A stretch of 64,000 bases of DNA from Mustelus asterias (lineage: Eukaryota), in contig NW_027590261.1 of NCBI RefSeq assembly GCF_964213995.1, positions 434,001 to 498,000 on the forward strand. The letters are read 5' to 3'. Shown piece by piece: positions 1 to 11,817 of this stretch. The position numbers were made by a program, and so were the translations under genes. The notes under the pieces were generated by a model. That model did no database searches. It had not been told where the DNA came from and saw only the letters and a list, made by a program, of their open reading frames with translations. Every line of letters starts with the position of its first letter. The stretch's first letter is position 1.

Positions 1-800
1 GGAGGAAATAATAACAAATGGGATTACTATCTCAATGGAAACAAATTAAAACATGCTACCGTGCAAAGGGACCTGGGGGTCCTTGTGCATGAGACGCAAA
101 AGCCCAGTCTGCAGGTACAACAGGTGATCAAGAAGGCAAATGGGATGTTGGCCTATATTGCGAAGGGGATAGAATATAAAAGCAGAGAAGTCTTGATGCA
201 TCTGTACAGGGCATTGGTGAGGCCGCAGCTGGAATACTGTGTGCAGTATTGGTCCCCTTATATGAGGAAGGATATATTGGCATTGGAGGGAGTGCAGAGA
301 AGGTTCACCAGGTTGATACCGGAGATGAGGGGTTTGGATTATGAGGAGAGGCTGAGGAGATTGGGTTTGTACTCGGAGTTTAGAAGGATGAGGGGGGATC
401 TTATGGAGACTTATAAGATAATGCGGGGGCTGGATAGGGTGGAGGCGGAGAGATTCTTTCCACTTAGTAAGGAAGTTAAAACTAGAGGACGCAGCCTCAA
501 AATAAAGGGGGGTCGGTTTAAGACAGAGTTGAGGAGGAACTTCTTCTCCCAGAGGGTGGTGAATCTCTGGAATTCTCTGCCCACTGAGGTGGTGGAGGCT
601 ACCTCGCTGAATATGTTTAAAGCGCGGATGGATGGATTCCTGATCGGTAAGGGAATTAAGGGTTATGGGGATCAGGCGGGTAAGTGGTACTGATCCACGT
701 CAGATCAGCCATGATCTTATTGAATGGCGGGGCATGCTCGAGGGGCTAGATGGCCTACTCCTGCTCCTATTTCGTATGTTCTTATGTTCTTATGTTCTTA
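1..800 (+). mobile_element. CR1-clade LINE, 3' part of ORF2 (RT C-terminus) plus 3' tail
   Basis: ORF 61-693 contains QRDLGV...LYRALVRPQLEYCVQYWSP...NFFSQRVVNLWNSLP, typical of the CR1 ORF2 C-terminus; ends in a (TTCTTATG)n tail. Confidence 0.93.
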
Positions 801-865
801 TCTGTTTTCGATCAGAGAGAAAAGCAGATCATTATTAATGGTTTGCTGAGAGCAAATACTCTTAT

Positions 866-937
866 TTTCCTCAGCGGGAATTGAAACCAGACATCACTGG
901 GGGAGTGCTGAACATGAACCATTGGACTGCCAGGGAA
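866..937 (-). pseudogene. degenerate tRNA-Glu
   Basis: Reverse complement TCCCTGGCAGTCCAATGGTTCATGTTCAGCACT...GGTTTCAATTCCCGCTGAGGAA aligns to vertebrate tRNA-Glu and to the copy at 7444-7515; anticodon arm is destroyed. Confidence 0.65.
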
Positions 938-1149
938 ACCGGTGAACTGTGTTCTTCAAACTGACTTAACATATATCCCTTTGCTTATTATTTTCATCTC
1001 AGATCTTTTTCACGTGTGACACGTTTCTCCTCCAAAATGTTCTGTTTGGATGGAACATGATTACCTCCTTCAGCAAATGACAATACGGATTGAGCTGGGT
1101 CATGGAATTGACAGTGAGGTGATATGGTCCCACAAGCTGCTGAAGTTTA

Positions 1150-1570
1150 GAAGTTTGAAGGGGGCGGGGTCTGTTCGAGGTGTATAAAATTATTAATGGA
1201 TGGATAAAGTGAAGGTAGACCAAAAGTTTCTTCTTATGGGGCAATCTAGAATAAGAGGTCACGTGTACAGTTTGAGAGCTGGAAGATTTAAAACTGAGAT
1301 GAGGAAGAACTACTTCTCGCAAAGGGTGGTGAATTGGTGGAACTCGCTGCCCCATAGCGCGGTGGAGTCTGAATCATTGCATCATTTCAAGAAGGGATAG
1401 AAATATTTCTGATAAAGAAAACGCATTAAAGGAGTATGGAGAACAGGTGGGGAGGTGGATTTCAGTTCAATGAGATGTCAACCATGATCTGATTGAATGG
1501 CAGAGCAGGACTAAAGGGCTGAATTTGCCTACATCTCCTCCCAATTCCCATGTTCCTATGTTTCTATGTG
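1150..1570 (+). mobile_element. CR1 LINE 3' fragment
   Basis: ORF 1200-1400 RFKTEMRKNYFSQRVVNWWNSLP followed by a CR1-type 3' UTR and a (TTCCTATG)-like tail. Confidence 0.85.
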
Positions 1571-2000
1571 TAAGGTTCAATTTTCAAGCCCACCAAACTC
1601 ATCACTGCGGTTCTGTTGTAATATATGTACAGTACGTCCTCTGGTTCCCCTTCACCCACAACGCAGGTGAGTTGTGCAAGTAACTTTGTAATCATCTCAT
1701 TCTGTGGTATAATCATTCTGTCATTCTCTGTTGCCCTCATTTATTTTCCCCTGGCTTCCACCATACCAGATGTTGTTATGTTTCCTCCCTGCTGGATTTC
1801 ACTTGTTTTAAACGTCCTACATTTCTAAACATTCCCAATGTTAATGAAAGATCATGGAGGTGAAAGTTTATCTTTGTTTCCCTTTGCACACACGCTGGCT
1901 GACTTCCTGAGTTTTTCCAACATTATCACTTTTCAGTGCAGATGTCTGATCCGCTTTTAGATGGCAATGAAAATATATTTAGTTGATGCGTGTTTTCCAA

Positions 2001-2090
2001 CGATGGTTGGTCTAAGGTACGATTCCCGCTTCGGGTGTTAAAATCCGCATGACTGTGAAAGGCCTCCCCGGTTCAAATCCCAGACAACCT
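2001..2090 (+). pseudogene. tRNA-Pro(CGG)-like gene with an 18-nt insertion at the canonical intron site (2036-2053); degenerate
   Basis: GTTGGTCTAAGGTACGATTCCCGCTT-CGG-G[TGTTAAAATCCGCATGAC]TGTGAAAGG...GGTTCAAATCCCAGAC matches vertebrate tRNA-Pro except for the insertion after position 37; acceptor stem is mismatched. Confidence 0.75.
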
Positions 2091-2738
2091 TTTGCTTTGT
2101 AATGGATAAGTCATGGAGTTTGTTAGTTTATTTCCCGTGACATGGCGGAATTGGCTCACATGGGGTATGATTTGAGAACCTGAGCACACTCTGCAAGTCT
2201 TCTGTAAGTACAACACACACAGAGAATCCAGATATTTTCAAAGGGTGACAATGCTTGCGGACATTCACTTAATCCATATTCACCCATTCAGAGGACCCCA
2301 TGCTTGTGGGTTCAGACAGCTATTGTATGTATATTGGGTTGTAGGTGTCTGCCCCACTCTCTGTCCCTCTCTGTCTCTTTTTGTCACTGGAGACCTGTCT
2401 CAGACTCTTTCACCCCTCAGTCTCGCTATCTGTGCATCGATCACTGTTCCCTATTTTGCTCTTTGCTCCCTAGATTCTCTCGCTGTCTATGTTTAACCAA
2501 GGTTCACTGGATTTAATCCTATGATGAGGTGGTTGTCCTGGGAGGAGAGATTCAGTGGGATGAATTTGTTTTCTCTGTATATTAGAAGAATGCTCACCAT
2601 GAGACAAGATAACCTACAATATAGCAGCCGGCTGCAAATGGTCACCCAAAGCATTTGACCCACTTGCCGTTACTGCCACATTGAATGAAAAAGGCCACGT
2701 GCTTTGAGTGACCATTTGCATCTGACGGCTCTGTTGCT

Positions 2739-2810
2739 GGTTCTGCGGTGTGATGGTGAGCACTCTGGACTCCGAATGCAGCAATTGGAGTTCAGAAATC
2801 GGTGAAGGAT
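2739..2810 (+). pseudogene. degenerate tRNA-Gln
   Basis: GGTTCTGCGGTGTGATGGTGAGCACTCTGGACTCCGAATGCAGCAATTGGAGTTCAGAAATCGG matches the tRNA-Gln(CTG) body with anticodon and T-arm mutations. Confidence 0.8.
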
Positions 2811-3020
2811 TGTTGTTTCTTTGCTCAAGCCGATGATGGGTTTTCTGAAGAGCATTTAATTTTAAATTCTCAGAAAGTGGAAATATAAACATTGAGGAAA
2901 TTTCAGCAAATTCCACCGCAATCAATTGCAGATGTTGCAGCGAAAGACTCTCCTGGCATCATTGCATCAGCCCCAGAGAACGATTGCTCAAGAATACAAA
3001 GCGCTGAGAGGCAGGGAAGC

Positions 3021-3185
3021 ACAGTAAGAAGTTTAACAACACCAGGTTAAAGTCCAACAGGTTTATTTGGTATCAAAAGCCACACCTTTTTTAAATAAAC
3101 CTGTTGGACTTTAACCTGGTGTTGTTAAACTTCTTACTGTGTTTACCCCAGTCCAACGCCGGCATCTCCACATCATGACTACCAT
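3021..3185. mobile_element. Penelope-like-derived short element with a perfect 49-bp inverted repeat and a 12-bp flanking direct repeat
   Basis: Arms 3020-3068 and 3093-3141 are exact reverse complements; flanked by AGGCAGGGAAGC at 3009-3020 and 3186-3197; related copies at ~7003, ~17615, ~47125 and ~62590. Confidence 0.75.
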
Positions 3186-3277
3186 AGGCAGGGAAGCCAC
3201 AGTGTGCATGGGGTCCACCTACAGGAGTCATTCACTCAGTTATTTGTCCTAATTTTTAAAAAAGAGATGGGAGGCGA

Positions 3278-3311
3278 GAGGCCAGAGTGCGAACCGTTAC
3301 ACCATGGAATC
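3278..3311 (-). pseudogene. 5' half of tRNA-Gln
   Basis: Reverse complement GATTCCATGGTGTAACGGTTCGCACTCTGGCCTC matches the tRNA-Gln 5' half only. Confidence 0.6.
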
Positions 3312-3628
3312 GACAGCATTCTGACCGAAGACACGAGATTTTTCTCCCAAAACACACACGTATCTAGTCTCTCTCTCTCTCTCAGACACACACACACACA
3401 TATTTGCTCAATAATTCCCAGACTCCAGTCGAATTGTTATTGTGTGACACCAACTGCTTCTTTCTTTCAACATAGGAGTTAAAGAATTGTCGAAAAGATG
3501 AAAAACACTGACATTGCAGGCATCTGGCGCCAGAGGCTCAGCAATGTGCATTGTAATCGCAGCTCGTGAGAAAATTTAGCGAAATGCCCTTCAGCAAATC
3601 AATCATCAGGATTTGACAAAGAAAGGCG

Positions 3629-3700
3629 AAGTCCCGCCGAGATTTGAACTCGGATTGCTGGATTCAGAGTCCAGAGGGCTCACCGTTACACCACGGAACC
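3629..3700 (-). tRNA. tRNA-Gln(CTG), near-intact
   Basis: GGTTCCGTGGTGTAACGGTGAGCCCTCTGGACT-CTG-AATCCAGCAATCCGAGTTCAAATCTCGGCGGGACTT, 72 nt; acceptor, anticodon and T arms pair; one D-stem mismatch. Confidence 0.85.
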
Positions 3701-4455
3701 CACCACACGGCAGCAGCCTGAAAATGGTCGCTCAATACTTGTGCCAATTTGAGCAGCAGGGAGAAATATCAGTCCCATGACACAATCCCGTCAATTACCC
3801 ACAACAATTCAGATTTACAGTGCCATTTCCTCCTGGAAAAATGGGTAAGCTACCTTCAACCGCATTAAATTTCGCTGCAGCTCACCACATTCAAAGAGCA
3901 ATGTTAGCATCGAACTGATATAAGCCTTACTGGGATAAATGTACTGAACAACATCAGCTGATCACAGCTCTGTTTCCGCCACAATGGAAGGCAGTGTGAA
4001 AATATGAACAATTTCAAATCTTAACAGACAGGAAGGAGTTTGTGCCTGCGGATAATTGGTACTGTGCACACTGCTGCAATCAGTGTCTGGGAGAATAAGG
4101 CAAATGAGATCCTGGTGGTCCAGCTTTCAGGGTTGCAGACTGCCTTCGATATATTAACGTTTAATATTTTTTTATAAACAGACCAGCAATACTTCCTTGT
4201 CCAAAGCAGCTCTGCCAGAATCAGTGGAGTAAGATTTGCAGTTTTGCTTCCGAGTGGAAAATGTCACATCGAGAACAGGTCAAGAACAAGCACAGAAAGT
4301 GAAAGGCACTGATTGACTGCAAAGCGCTGCCGATAGAGATGGTGATACAAGGTAAATTCTGGGTGGCAATGGGTCAGATTTAATCGTTTGCATTGACAGA
4401 AATATCACTCATTTCGGGATAAAATTCTCGGGCGAAATGACAAGAAAACTTCTCA

Positions 4456-6692
4456 CTGAAGGAAAAAATCGGACCTCTCAGGGACAAAAGTGGGGACTTA
4501 TGCTTGGAGCCCAAAGAGGTAGGGGAGATCCTAAATGAATACTTTGCGTCGGTATTCACTAAGGAGAGGGATGTGTTGACTGGGAGTGTCTCGGAGGGGA
4601 GTGTTGAACCGTTGGAGAAAATCACCATTACAAAGGAGGAAGTGTTAGGTTTGTTAGAGAATATAAAGACTGACAAATCCCCAGGGCCTGATGGAATCTA
4701 TCCAAGGCTGCTCAGGGAGACGAGAGGTGAAATCGTTGGGCCTCTGACGCAAATCTTTGTCTCGTCACTGGACACAGGTGAGGTCCCAGAGGATTGGAGG
4801 ATAGCCAATGTGGTCCCGTTATTTAAGAAGGGTAGGAAGGATAACCCGGGTAATTATAGGCCGGTGAGCTTGACGTCCGTGGTGGGGAAGTTGTCGGAGA
4901 AGATTCTTAAAGATAGGATGTATGCGCATTTAGAAAGGAATAAACTCATTAACGATAGTCAACATGGTTTTGTGAGAGGGAGGTCATGCCTCACTAACCT
5001 GGTGGTGTTTTTTGAAGAAGTGACCAAAATGGTTGACGAAGGAAGGGCCGTGGATGTTGTCTATATGGACTTTAGTAAAGCGTTTGACAAAGTCCCTCAT
5101 GGTAGGCTAGTGAAAAAGGTTGGATCCCATGGGATAAAGGGGGAGGTGGCTAGATGGGTGGAGAACTGGCTTGGTCATAGAAGACAGAGGGTGGTAGTGG
5201 AAGGGTCTTTTTCCGGCTGGAGGCCTGTGACTAGTGGTGTACCGCAGGGCTCTGTATTGGGACCTCTGCTGTTTGTGATTTATATAAATGATCTGGAAGA
5301 AGGAGTAACTGGGGTGATCAGTAAGTTTGCGGACGACACAAAACTGGCAGGACTTGCAGATAGTGAGGAACATTGTCAGAGGCTACAGAAGGATATAGAT
5401 AGGCTGGAAATTTGGGCAAGGAAATGGCAGATGGAGTTCAATCCTGATGAATGCGAAGTGATGCATTTTGGTGGGAATAATGTAGGGAGGAGCTACACGA
5501 TAAATGGAAGAAGCATAAAGGGTGTAGAGACGCAGAGGGACCTGGGTGTGCAAGTCCACAGATCTTTGAAGGTGACGTCACAGGTGGAGAAGGTGGTGAA
5601 GAAGGCATATGGCATGCTTGCCTTTATAGGACGGGGCATAGAGTATAAAAGTTGGGGTCTGATGTTGCAGATGTATAGAACGTTGGTTCGGCCGCATTTG
5701 GAATACTGCGTCCAGTTCTGGTCGCCACACTACCAGAAGGACGTGGAGGCTTTGGAGAGAGTACAGAGGAGGTTTACCAGGCTGTTGCCTGGTATGGAGG
5801 GGCTTGGTTATGAGGAGAGATTGGGGAAACTGGGGTTGTTCTCCTTGGAAAGACGGAGGATGAGGGGAGACTTAATAGAGGTGTATAAAATTATGAAAGG
5901 CATAGATAGGGTGAACGGTGGGAAGCTTTTCCCCGGGTCGGTGGTGACGTTCACGAGGGGTCATAGGTTCAAGGTGAAGGGGGGGAGGTTTAACACAGAT
6001 ATCAGAAGGACATATTTCACACAGAGGGTCGTGGGGGCCTGGAATGTGTTGCCGGGCAAAGTGGTGGAGGCGGACACACTGGGAACGTTTAAGACTTATC
6101 TAGACAGCTATATGAACGGAGTGGGAATGGAGGGATACAAAAGAGTGGTCTAGTTTGGACCAGGGAGCGGCGCGGGCTAATTGTTCCTGGTTTCTCGTTT
6201 CAAGGCTTCATTCTATGATCATCTTGCTGGTGCCAGTACAGAGTGAGGCTGCGGTTAGTTGGGAACCTGTCTCGGGGGCAGGGAATTCATATGGTGTTCG
6301 TGGAAGTGGAAATGACTAGGGTTGGGAAGCATTTTCCGATCAGGGCCATTGTGATCTCCTGGACTCGTTTCGATCGCCTCAGGGGGTCGGAGAGGAATTT
6401 CCCAGATTTTGTTTTCCCCATATTGGCCCTGGGGTTTTTCACTCTGGGTTTTCGCCTCTCCCTGGAGATCACATGGTCTGGAATGGGGGGGGTGGGGGTG
6501 AGTTAATAGGTTGTAATGACCAAAGCATCGTAGCTGTGAGGGACAGCTCGGTGGATAGGATATTGGTATGTAGATAGGCTGGAAAATTGGGCGGGGATCC
6601 TGGATTCAGGATTCAATCCTGGACCGGGGAGCGGCGCGGGCTTGGAGGGCCGAAGGGCCTGTTCCTGTGCTGTATTGTTCTTTGTTGTTGTT
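4456..6692 (+). mobile_element. 5'-truncated CR1 (HER1-like) LINE with an uninterrupted RT ORF (4504-6153) and long 3' UTR
   Basis: KSPGPDGIYPRLL, NYRPVSLTS, QHGF, YMDFSKAFDKV, SGVPQGSVLGP and KFADD motifs; tail GGGCCGAAGGGCCTGTTCCTGTGCTGTATTGTTCTTTG. Confidence 0.97.
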
Positions 6693-7002
6693 GAATGAAA
6701 GACTAAACAATTTGACTTCTACTGACTGCAAACAGTTTTCATTCAGAAAGCTGTAACTGTGAGATTAGCAAAGCGGGATGGAGAAAGACTCAGTTTGAGT
6801 GGTGACACTGCCAGAGGAATGGAGAGCTGGAGTTCACCCAGAAAAACAGCAAAGATTCAAAGTAATGGGAAGCAACCAATGTTGCCCTTGTCCATTATTC
6901 CTTGTGCCAGTTAATCCATCCTGTCTTGCTCGCTATCGCAGACTTTCCCTTTTATATTCTTTACTGAGAGATTCCCGTGTTAAATGCTGTTTAAAAAAAA
7001 CT

Positions 7003-7225
7003 CAGTAAGAAGTCTCACAACACCAGGTTAAAGTCCAACAGGTTTATTTGGTAGCAAATACCATAAGCTTTCGGAGCAATGCTCCTTCGTCAGATGGAGT
7101 GGTCTCTGTTCTCAAACAGGGCACAGACACAGAAATCAAATTACAGTATTCTGGACCGGGGAGCGGCGCGGGCTTGGAGGGCCGAAGGGCCTGTTCCTGT
7201 GCTGTATTGTTCTTTGTTCTTTGTT
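7003..7225. mobile_element. Penelope-type terminal repeat fragment followed by an isolated CR1 3' tail
   Basis: AGTAAGAAGTCTCACAACACCAGGTTAAAGTCCAACAGG arm; hammerhead-core-like motif on the minus strand (~7067-7095); 7152-7225 is nearly identical to 6620-6690. Confidence 0.65.
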
Positions 7226-7443
7226 TTTTGTGAGAACCATTACACGACATAGCCATGTGCGCATTTGAAGCAGTTCTGGTTTACTGGTGGAGCAACTAAA
7301 CTCGTCCGCCAAGCCAATCAGTTGCTCACTTTAATCAAAAGGGAACATCTCAATGGGTCTGGCAGCATCTGTAAGGAGAGAAAAGAGCTAACGTTTCGAG
7401 TTTAGATGACCCTTTGTCAAAGCCTGAATGCAGGGTTGTCACA

Positions 7444-7515
7444 TTCCCTGACCGGGAATCGAAACCAGGCCACGGTGGTGAAAGGGCCGAATCTTAACGA
7501 CTGGACCATCAGGGA
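7444..7515 (-). tRNA. tRNA-Glu(TTC), several substitutions (possibly a pseudogene)
   Basis: TCCCTGATGGTCCAGTCGTTAAGATTCGGCCCT-TTC-ACCACCGTGGCCTGGTTTCGATTCCCGGTCAGGGAA, 72 nt; D-loop GG altered and anticodon stem mismatched. Confidence 0.8.
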
Positions 7516-8551
7516 GGCTGATGCATATTCCTTAAAACATTAATTTATCCATGAACCATCTGTCTTCTATTTTTATTTCAGACTTTTTATTCACCAAAAA
7601 CAAGTTTCTCCTTGAAATTGTCATGTTTAGATCGAACACAAGTGAGTGCATCAGCCAATGAGCAGAGCGATTCCTGTTCGCTGGAACATGAAATCGGCAG
7701 AGAGGTGAAATAGTCCCGCAAGCTGCTCATGTGACACTTTCAGTTTCCAAAACCCACCAAACTCATCACTGTGGCTTCTGTGAAACATGCAAGGTAACAC
7801 ACGGCAGGCATTCATCACGGAGAGCAACTGACATAAGTCATTTGCTAAACACTATCATGTCGCTTCTCTTCCTGTTTCTGTTGCTGCTTCTTATCCAGCT
7901 CCCTCTGGCCGTCCAGCTACCAGGGTCAATTAGCTGCTTGATACAGACTCAGACAGTTGGTGACAACGAGTTGTACCTGAAAAGCAGGGGCAGGGAGTGT
8001 AAGACGCACGGTATTGAGAGGAGATGGTGTTTGGAGATGACAGTATAAAGAGACACAGATATATCATCTCACTGATTACTGATTACAGGAATGTACACAG
8101 TGCCAATTATCCATTGTCACCCTCTCCTTCCAGCCTTCAGCACGGAGTTAAGTTTTGAAGTGTTTGAAGTCTTGCTGCAGTTGTTCAGGGTTTTGTTGAG
8201 ACCACATTTGGAATAGTGTGTGCAGTTTGGGTCTCCACATTGAAGACAGAATAAAAGTATAATAATGTGGATGCTGGAAACTGAATCAAAAACAGAAAAT
8301 GCCGCAAAATAACAACAGGTTTTACAGCATCTGTGGAGAGAGGATAACGTCAACGTTTTGAATGACGATGACACTTCGTCAGTGTAGGCTATACATTTAT
8401 CGGAGACGGTACAGCGAAGGTTCACTAGATTCTTCTTTGGGATGAGGGCGTTTCCCTGTGATGACAGGCTGACGGAATTGAACTGAAATTCTCCGGATTT
8501 CGCAGAATAAGAGATCTCAATGAAACCCACACAATATTGACTGAATGTCGC

Positions 8552-8850
8552 ATTGCTGCCTCACAGCGGCAGGGACCTGAGTTCAATTCCGGCCTCGTCT
8601 GACTGTCTGTGTGAAGTTTGCACGTTTTCCCCTTGTCTGTGTGCATTTACATTTGGCTCCGCTTTCCTCCCACGGTCCAAAGATGTGTGGGTTCGGTGGA
8701 TTGGCCATGCTAAATTGCCTCTCAGTGTCAGAGGGACGAGCAAGGTGAATGCGTGGTTTGACGGGGATATCGTGTTGGTGGGATTGTTATTGGTATAGGC
8801 TTGGTGTACCGAATGGCCTCCTTATGTACTGCAGGGATTCTCTGATTCTA
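8552..8850 (+). mobile_element. HE1-like tRNA-derived V-SINE
   Basis: tRNA-like head, V-domain TGTGTGAAGTTTGCACGTTTTCCCC...TTTCCTCCCAC, and CR1-derived tail GAATGGCCTCC...GGGATTCT. Confidence 0.85.
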
Positions 8851-9352
8851 CGAGTTTGAAGGGTGGATGCTGAGATAATATTCTCCTTGGTCCGGGAATC
8901 TAAAACACGGGATACAATCTCAGGATAAAGCGCTGATGATTTAGGTCTGAGGTGAGGAGAAATTGCATCACTCAAACGATAGCGAATCTTCGGAATTCTC
9001 TACGCCAGAGGCTTGTAGATGTTCCATCATTGAACACATTTCAGTCTGGGTTCGGCAGATTTCTGATCTATCCAACAATGACTGGGAACAGGAATATGGA
9101 ATTGGAACAAATGCTCAGCCACAAATTAATGTTTCTATTCTAATTGTTAAGCTTAACAGTATAATGGATGCATGTATATAATGTTATATGTAATATATTT
9201 GAAATCGATAGTCATTAAATAACGTTGGCAACAGCAGATAACAGCACAGCTGGTAACACTTCAGAGATATTTTTATTGACGCCCAAGGACCCATTGCCAA
9301 CCCCACAACTGTTTGCATTTGAATGCTGATGTGAGAAAACACTAAGAGCTCG

Positions 9353-9426
9353 AGTTCTGAGGAGGTCCCGACCCACGAACCTTTCGGTTAATATCCGAAC
9401 GCGCTGACCAATTGCGCCACAGAGAC
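9353..9426 (-). pseudogene. tRNA-Asn pseudogene (anticodon mutated to ATT)
   Basis: GTCTCTGTGGCGCAATTGGTCAGCGCGTTCGGATATTAACCGAAAGGTTCGTGGGTCGG matches tRNA-Asn(GTT); T-arm damaged. Confidence 0.8.
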
Positions 9427-9717
9427 TGAGACACCAACTTTGCACGATATTCTAAACCAAGGTATCAATGACCACACTTATATTTCTGCTGAATCTGTTC
9501 CAGAACTACAGCACGACCGCACCGTTTACAATCCTATATAAGTCGCTTTGGTTATTTTGATCCCGTAGTATTGCTGTGATGTAGCGGTTATTCCCTTTCT
9601 CCTATGAACGTGCAGGTAAAATGTATCCATGTCTCTTATCACAAGAATTCACAAGAGTGCACGTACTCAAACTCACGCACCTGTACACAGATACACAGGC
9701 AGATGTATACATACACA

Positions 9718-9985
9718 ATGATCAACTAAAGATCAAAATGTCTCTCAGGTCAATTAAGGATCAAACTGTCTCCCAGGAAAATTGGAGATTACAGTGTCTC
9801 TCAGGGCAACTAGAGATCAAGCTGCCTATCAGTTCAGCTAGAGATCCAAATGTCTTTCAGGCAACTGGAGGAGAAACAATCCCTCAGGTCAATTAAAGAT
9901 CAAACTGTCTCTCAAGTCAATTAAGTGTTCAATGCCCTTTTATTCCACTTGAATAAAGAAGTGTCTCTCAGAATGATTAGAGCCC
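9718..9985. repeat. degenerate ~28-30-bp tandem repeat (GATCAAACTGTCTCTCAGGTCAATTAA-like)
   Basis: Repeated GATCAAA..TGTCTCTCAGG.CAA.T motif, roughly 8 diverged copies. Confidence 0.6.
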
Positions 9986-10489
9986 AGTTGAGTATTGTGT
10001 TTATATTTGCTCTCTCTGATCAGTCGGATATGTATCCCGACATTGTAATGTCTGAAATAAACACATAACTCTGGCTACACTCTGAGCTGAGTACACCTGA
10101 TGTTTTGCATAAAGTGAGATGACGACCATTCGCTGCATTTCCTATTTCTGCCACACAGCAAGTGACATTCGGCCTTTCTTTCTGATTCGATATTTTGCAG
10201 GTTTCTGAGAGACAAAACGTTCTTAGCAGTCTTGTTTGAAAACAATGAGAGCAGCAAATGGAAGCTGTGGCCAGGGATACCACAAACCCAAAGAAGATAA
10301 AACTGTGGCTTTGTCAGCAGCAGTCACAGGTGATAGAGCGGAAATTGCAACAGTTAAAATTACAGCAGCCTTTGGCCATCCAGGATTTGCTCACCGTTTA
10401 AGTGGCTGAGAAAAGCATAGCATCGCTTATGTGTGAAGGGAGCCGATTCAATTGACCCAATTAACCTCCGTGTGGCTATTTGAAAAAAG

Positions 10490-10955
10490 CTTCCACTATT
10501 GCCCATTTACAAGGCACGGGTCAGGAGTGAAATGAGATATTCTCGATGTGCCTGGATGAGTGCACCTCAAACAACACCCATGAAGTTCGATACAAACCAA
10601 GCAAAAGCAGCCCGTTTGATTACTTCCCCTTCCATAAAAAGTTTACTTCCTCCACCACTGACGCACAGTGGTAACCGTGTGCGCCAGTTACAAAATGCAC
10701 TGCAGCAGCTCACTTTGGCAGCACCATCCAAACACACAACCACTACCATCTAGAAGGACAAGGGTAGCAGGCACATGGGAACACCACAACTTGGAGGTTG
10801 CGCACCAAGTCATTCACCACCCTGAATTGGAAATATGTTTCTGTTCCTTCACCGTCACTGGCTCAAAATCCTGGAACTCCCTCGACAACGGCACAGTGGG
10901 TGTACCTACATCTTAGTGATTGCAGCGGTTCAGGAAGGCAGCTCACCACCACACA
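10490..10955 (+). mobile_element. decayed LINE RT C-terminal fragment (L2/CR1-group, clade uncertain)
   Basis: IYKARVRSEMRYS..AWMSA..TT..KFDTNQAKAARLI and FTVTGSKSWNSL; related fragments at ~16945-17450 (-) and ~37480-37870 (+). Confidence 0.7.
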
Positions 10956-10994
10956 GAACACTAATTTCAGTTATAAGAATCGACTATCTTCGCA

Positions 10995-11412
10995 TTGCTG
11001 GCTGAGTCGCCATGTCCCGGATTGATAATAATAGTCGTGTTGCTGGGTGAGTCTCTGTGTTCCGGATTGATAATAATAGTCGTGTTGCTGGGTGAGTCTC
11101 TGTGTCCCGGATTGATAATAATAGTCGTGTTGCTGGGTGAGTCTCTGTGTCCCGGATTGATAATAATAGTCGTGTTGCTGGGTGAGTCTCTGTGTCCCGG
11201 ATTGATAATAATAGTCGTGTTGCTGGGTGAGTCTCTGTGTCCCGGATTGATAATAATAGTCGTGTTGCTGAGTGAGTCTCTGTGTCTCGGATTGATAATA
11301 ATAGTCGTGTTGCTGGGAGAGTCTCTGTGTTCCGGATTGATAATAATAGTCGTGTTGCTGGGAGAGTCTCTGACTCCCGGATTGATAATAATAGTAGTAT
11401 TTCTGGGTGACT
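10995..11412. repeat. 45-bp minisatellite, about 9 copies
   Basis: Unit CCGGATTGATAATAATAGTCGTGTTGCTGGGTGAGTCTCTGTGTC repeats at a 45-nt period; explains the repetitive ORFs 10984-11439 and 10995-11447. Confidence 0.97.
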
Positions 11413-11778
11413 TTCTGAGGCGCGTGTTCTATATCTCATTTGTTTAGTACTACAGAAGTGTTTACTCCATTCTGTATTTCATGAAAGCAATGAGTGCCGA
11501 GGAGTCAGGGTCCTTAGATTCATCTCAGATAAAATTTCTGGAAGAACAGCCATTAATTTCCTGCTATGTTAATTCCACTTCTGAGTGCATCCTTCTGCTG
11601 GGTGTTAAATGTTCCGCGTTTAAATTTATTATATCAATGGCGGCACGGACATTAGTCCAGATATTTTCCAAACTGCTTCTTTGTGTATCTAAACAACGAC
11701 AGAAAAAAAAACTGCCCATTAAAGCGACCTGACTACATTCGTGAACCCAGCTTAGTCGAGCTGTAAATACTTGCTGAG

Positions 11779-11817
11779 GTTTTTTGTACGGGGTTCTAGC
11801 TGTAGTCTAACGCTGTG
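11779..11817 (-). other. 23-spacer RSS of the inverted V pseudogene
   Basis: Minus strand: heptamer CACAGCG (11817-11811), 23-nt spacer, nonamer ACAAAAAAC (11787-11779). Confidence 0.9.

Noticed and set aside
10984-11447. 150-aa repetitive ORFs on both strands, or a CRISPR-like array
   Set aside because: Pure 45-bp tandem repeat with no unique spacers, in eukaryotic context
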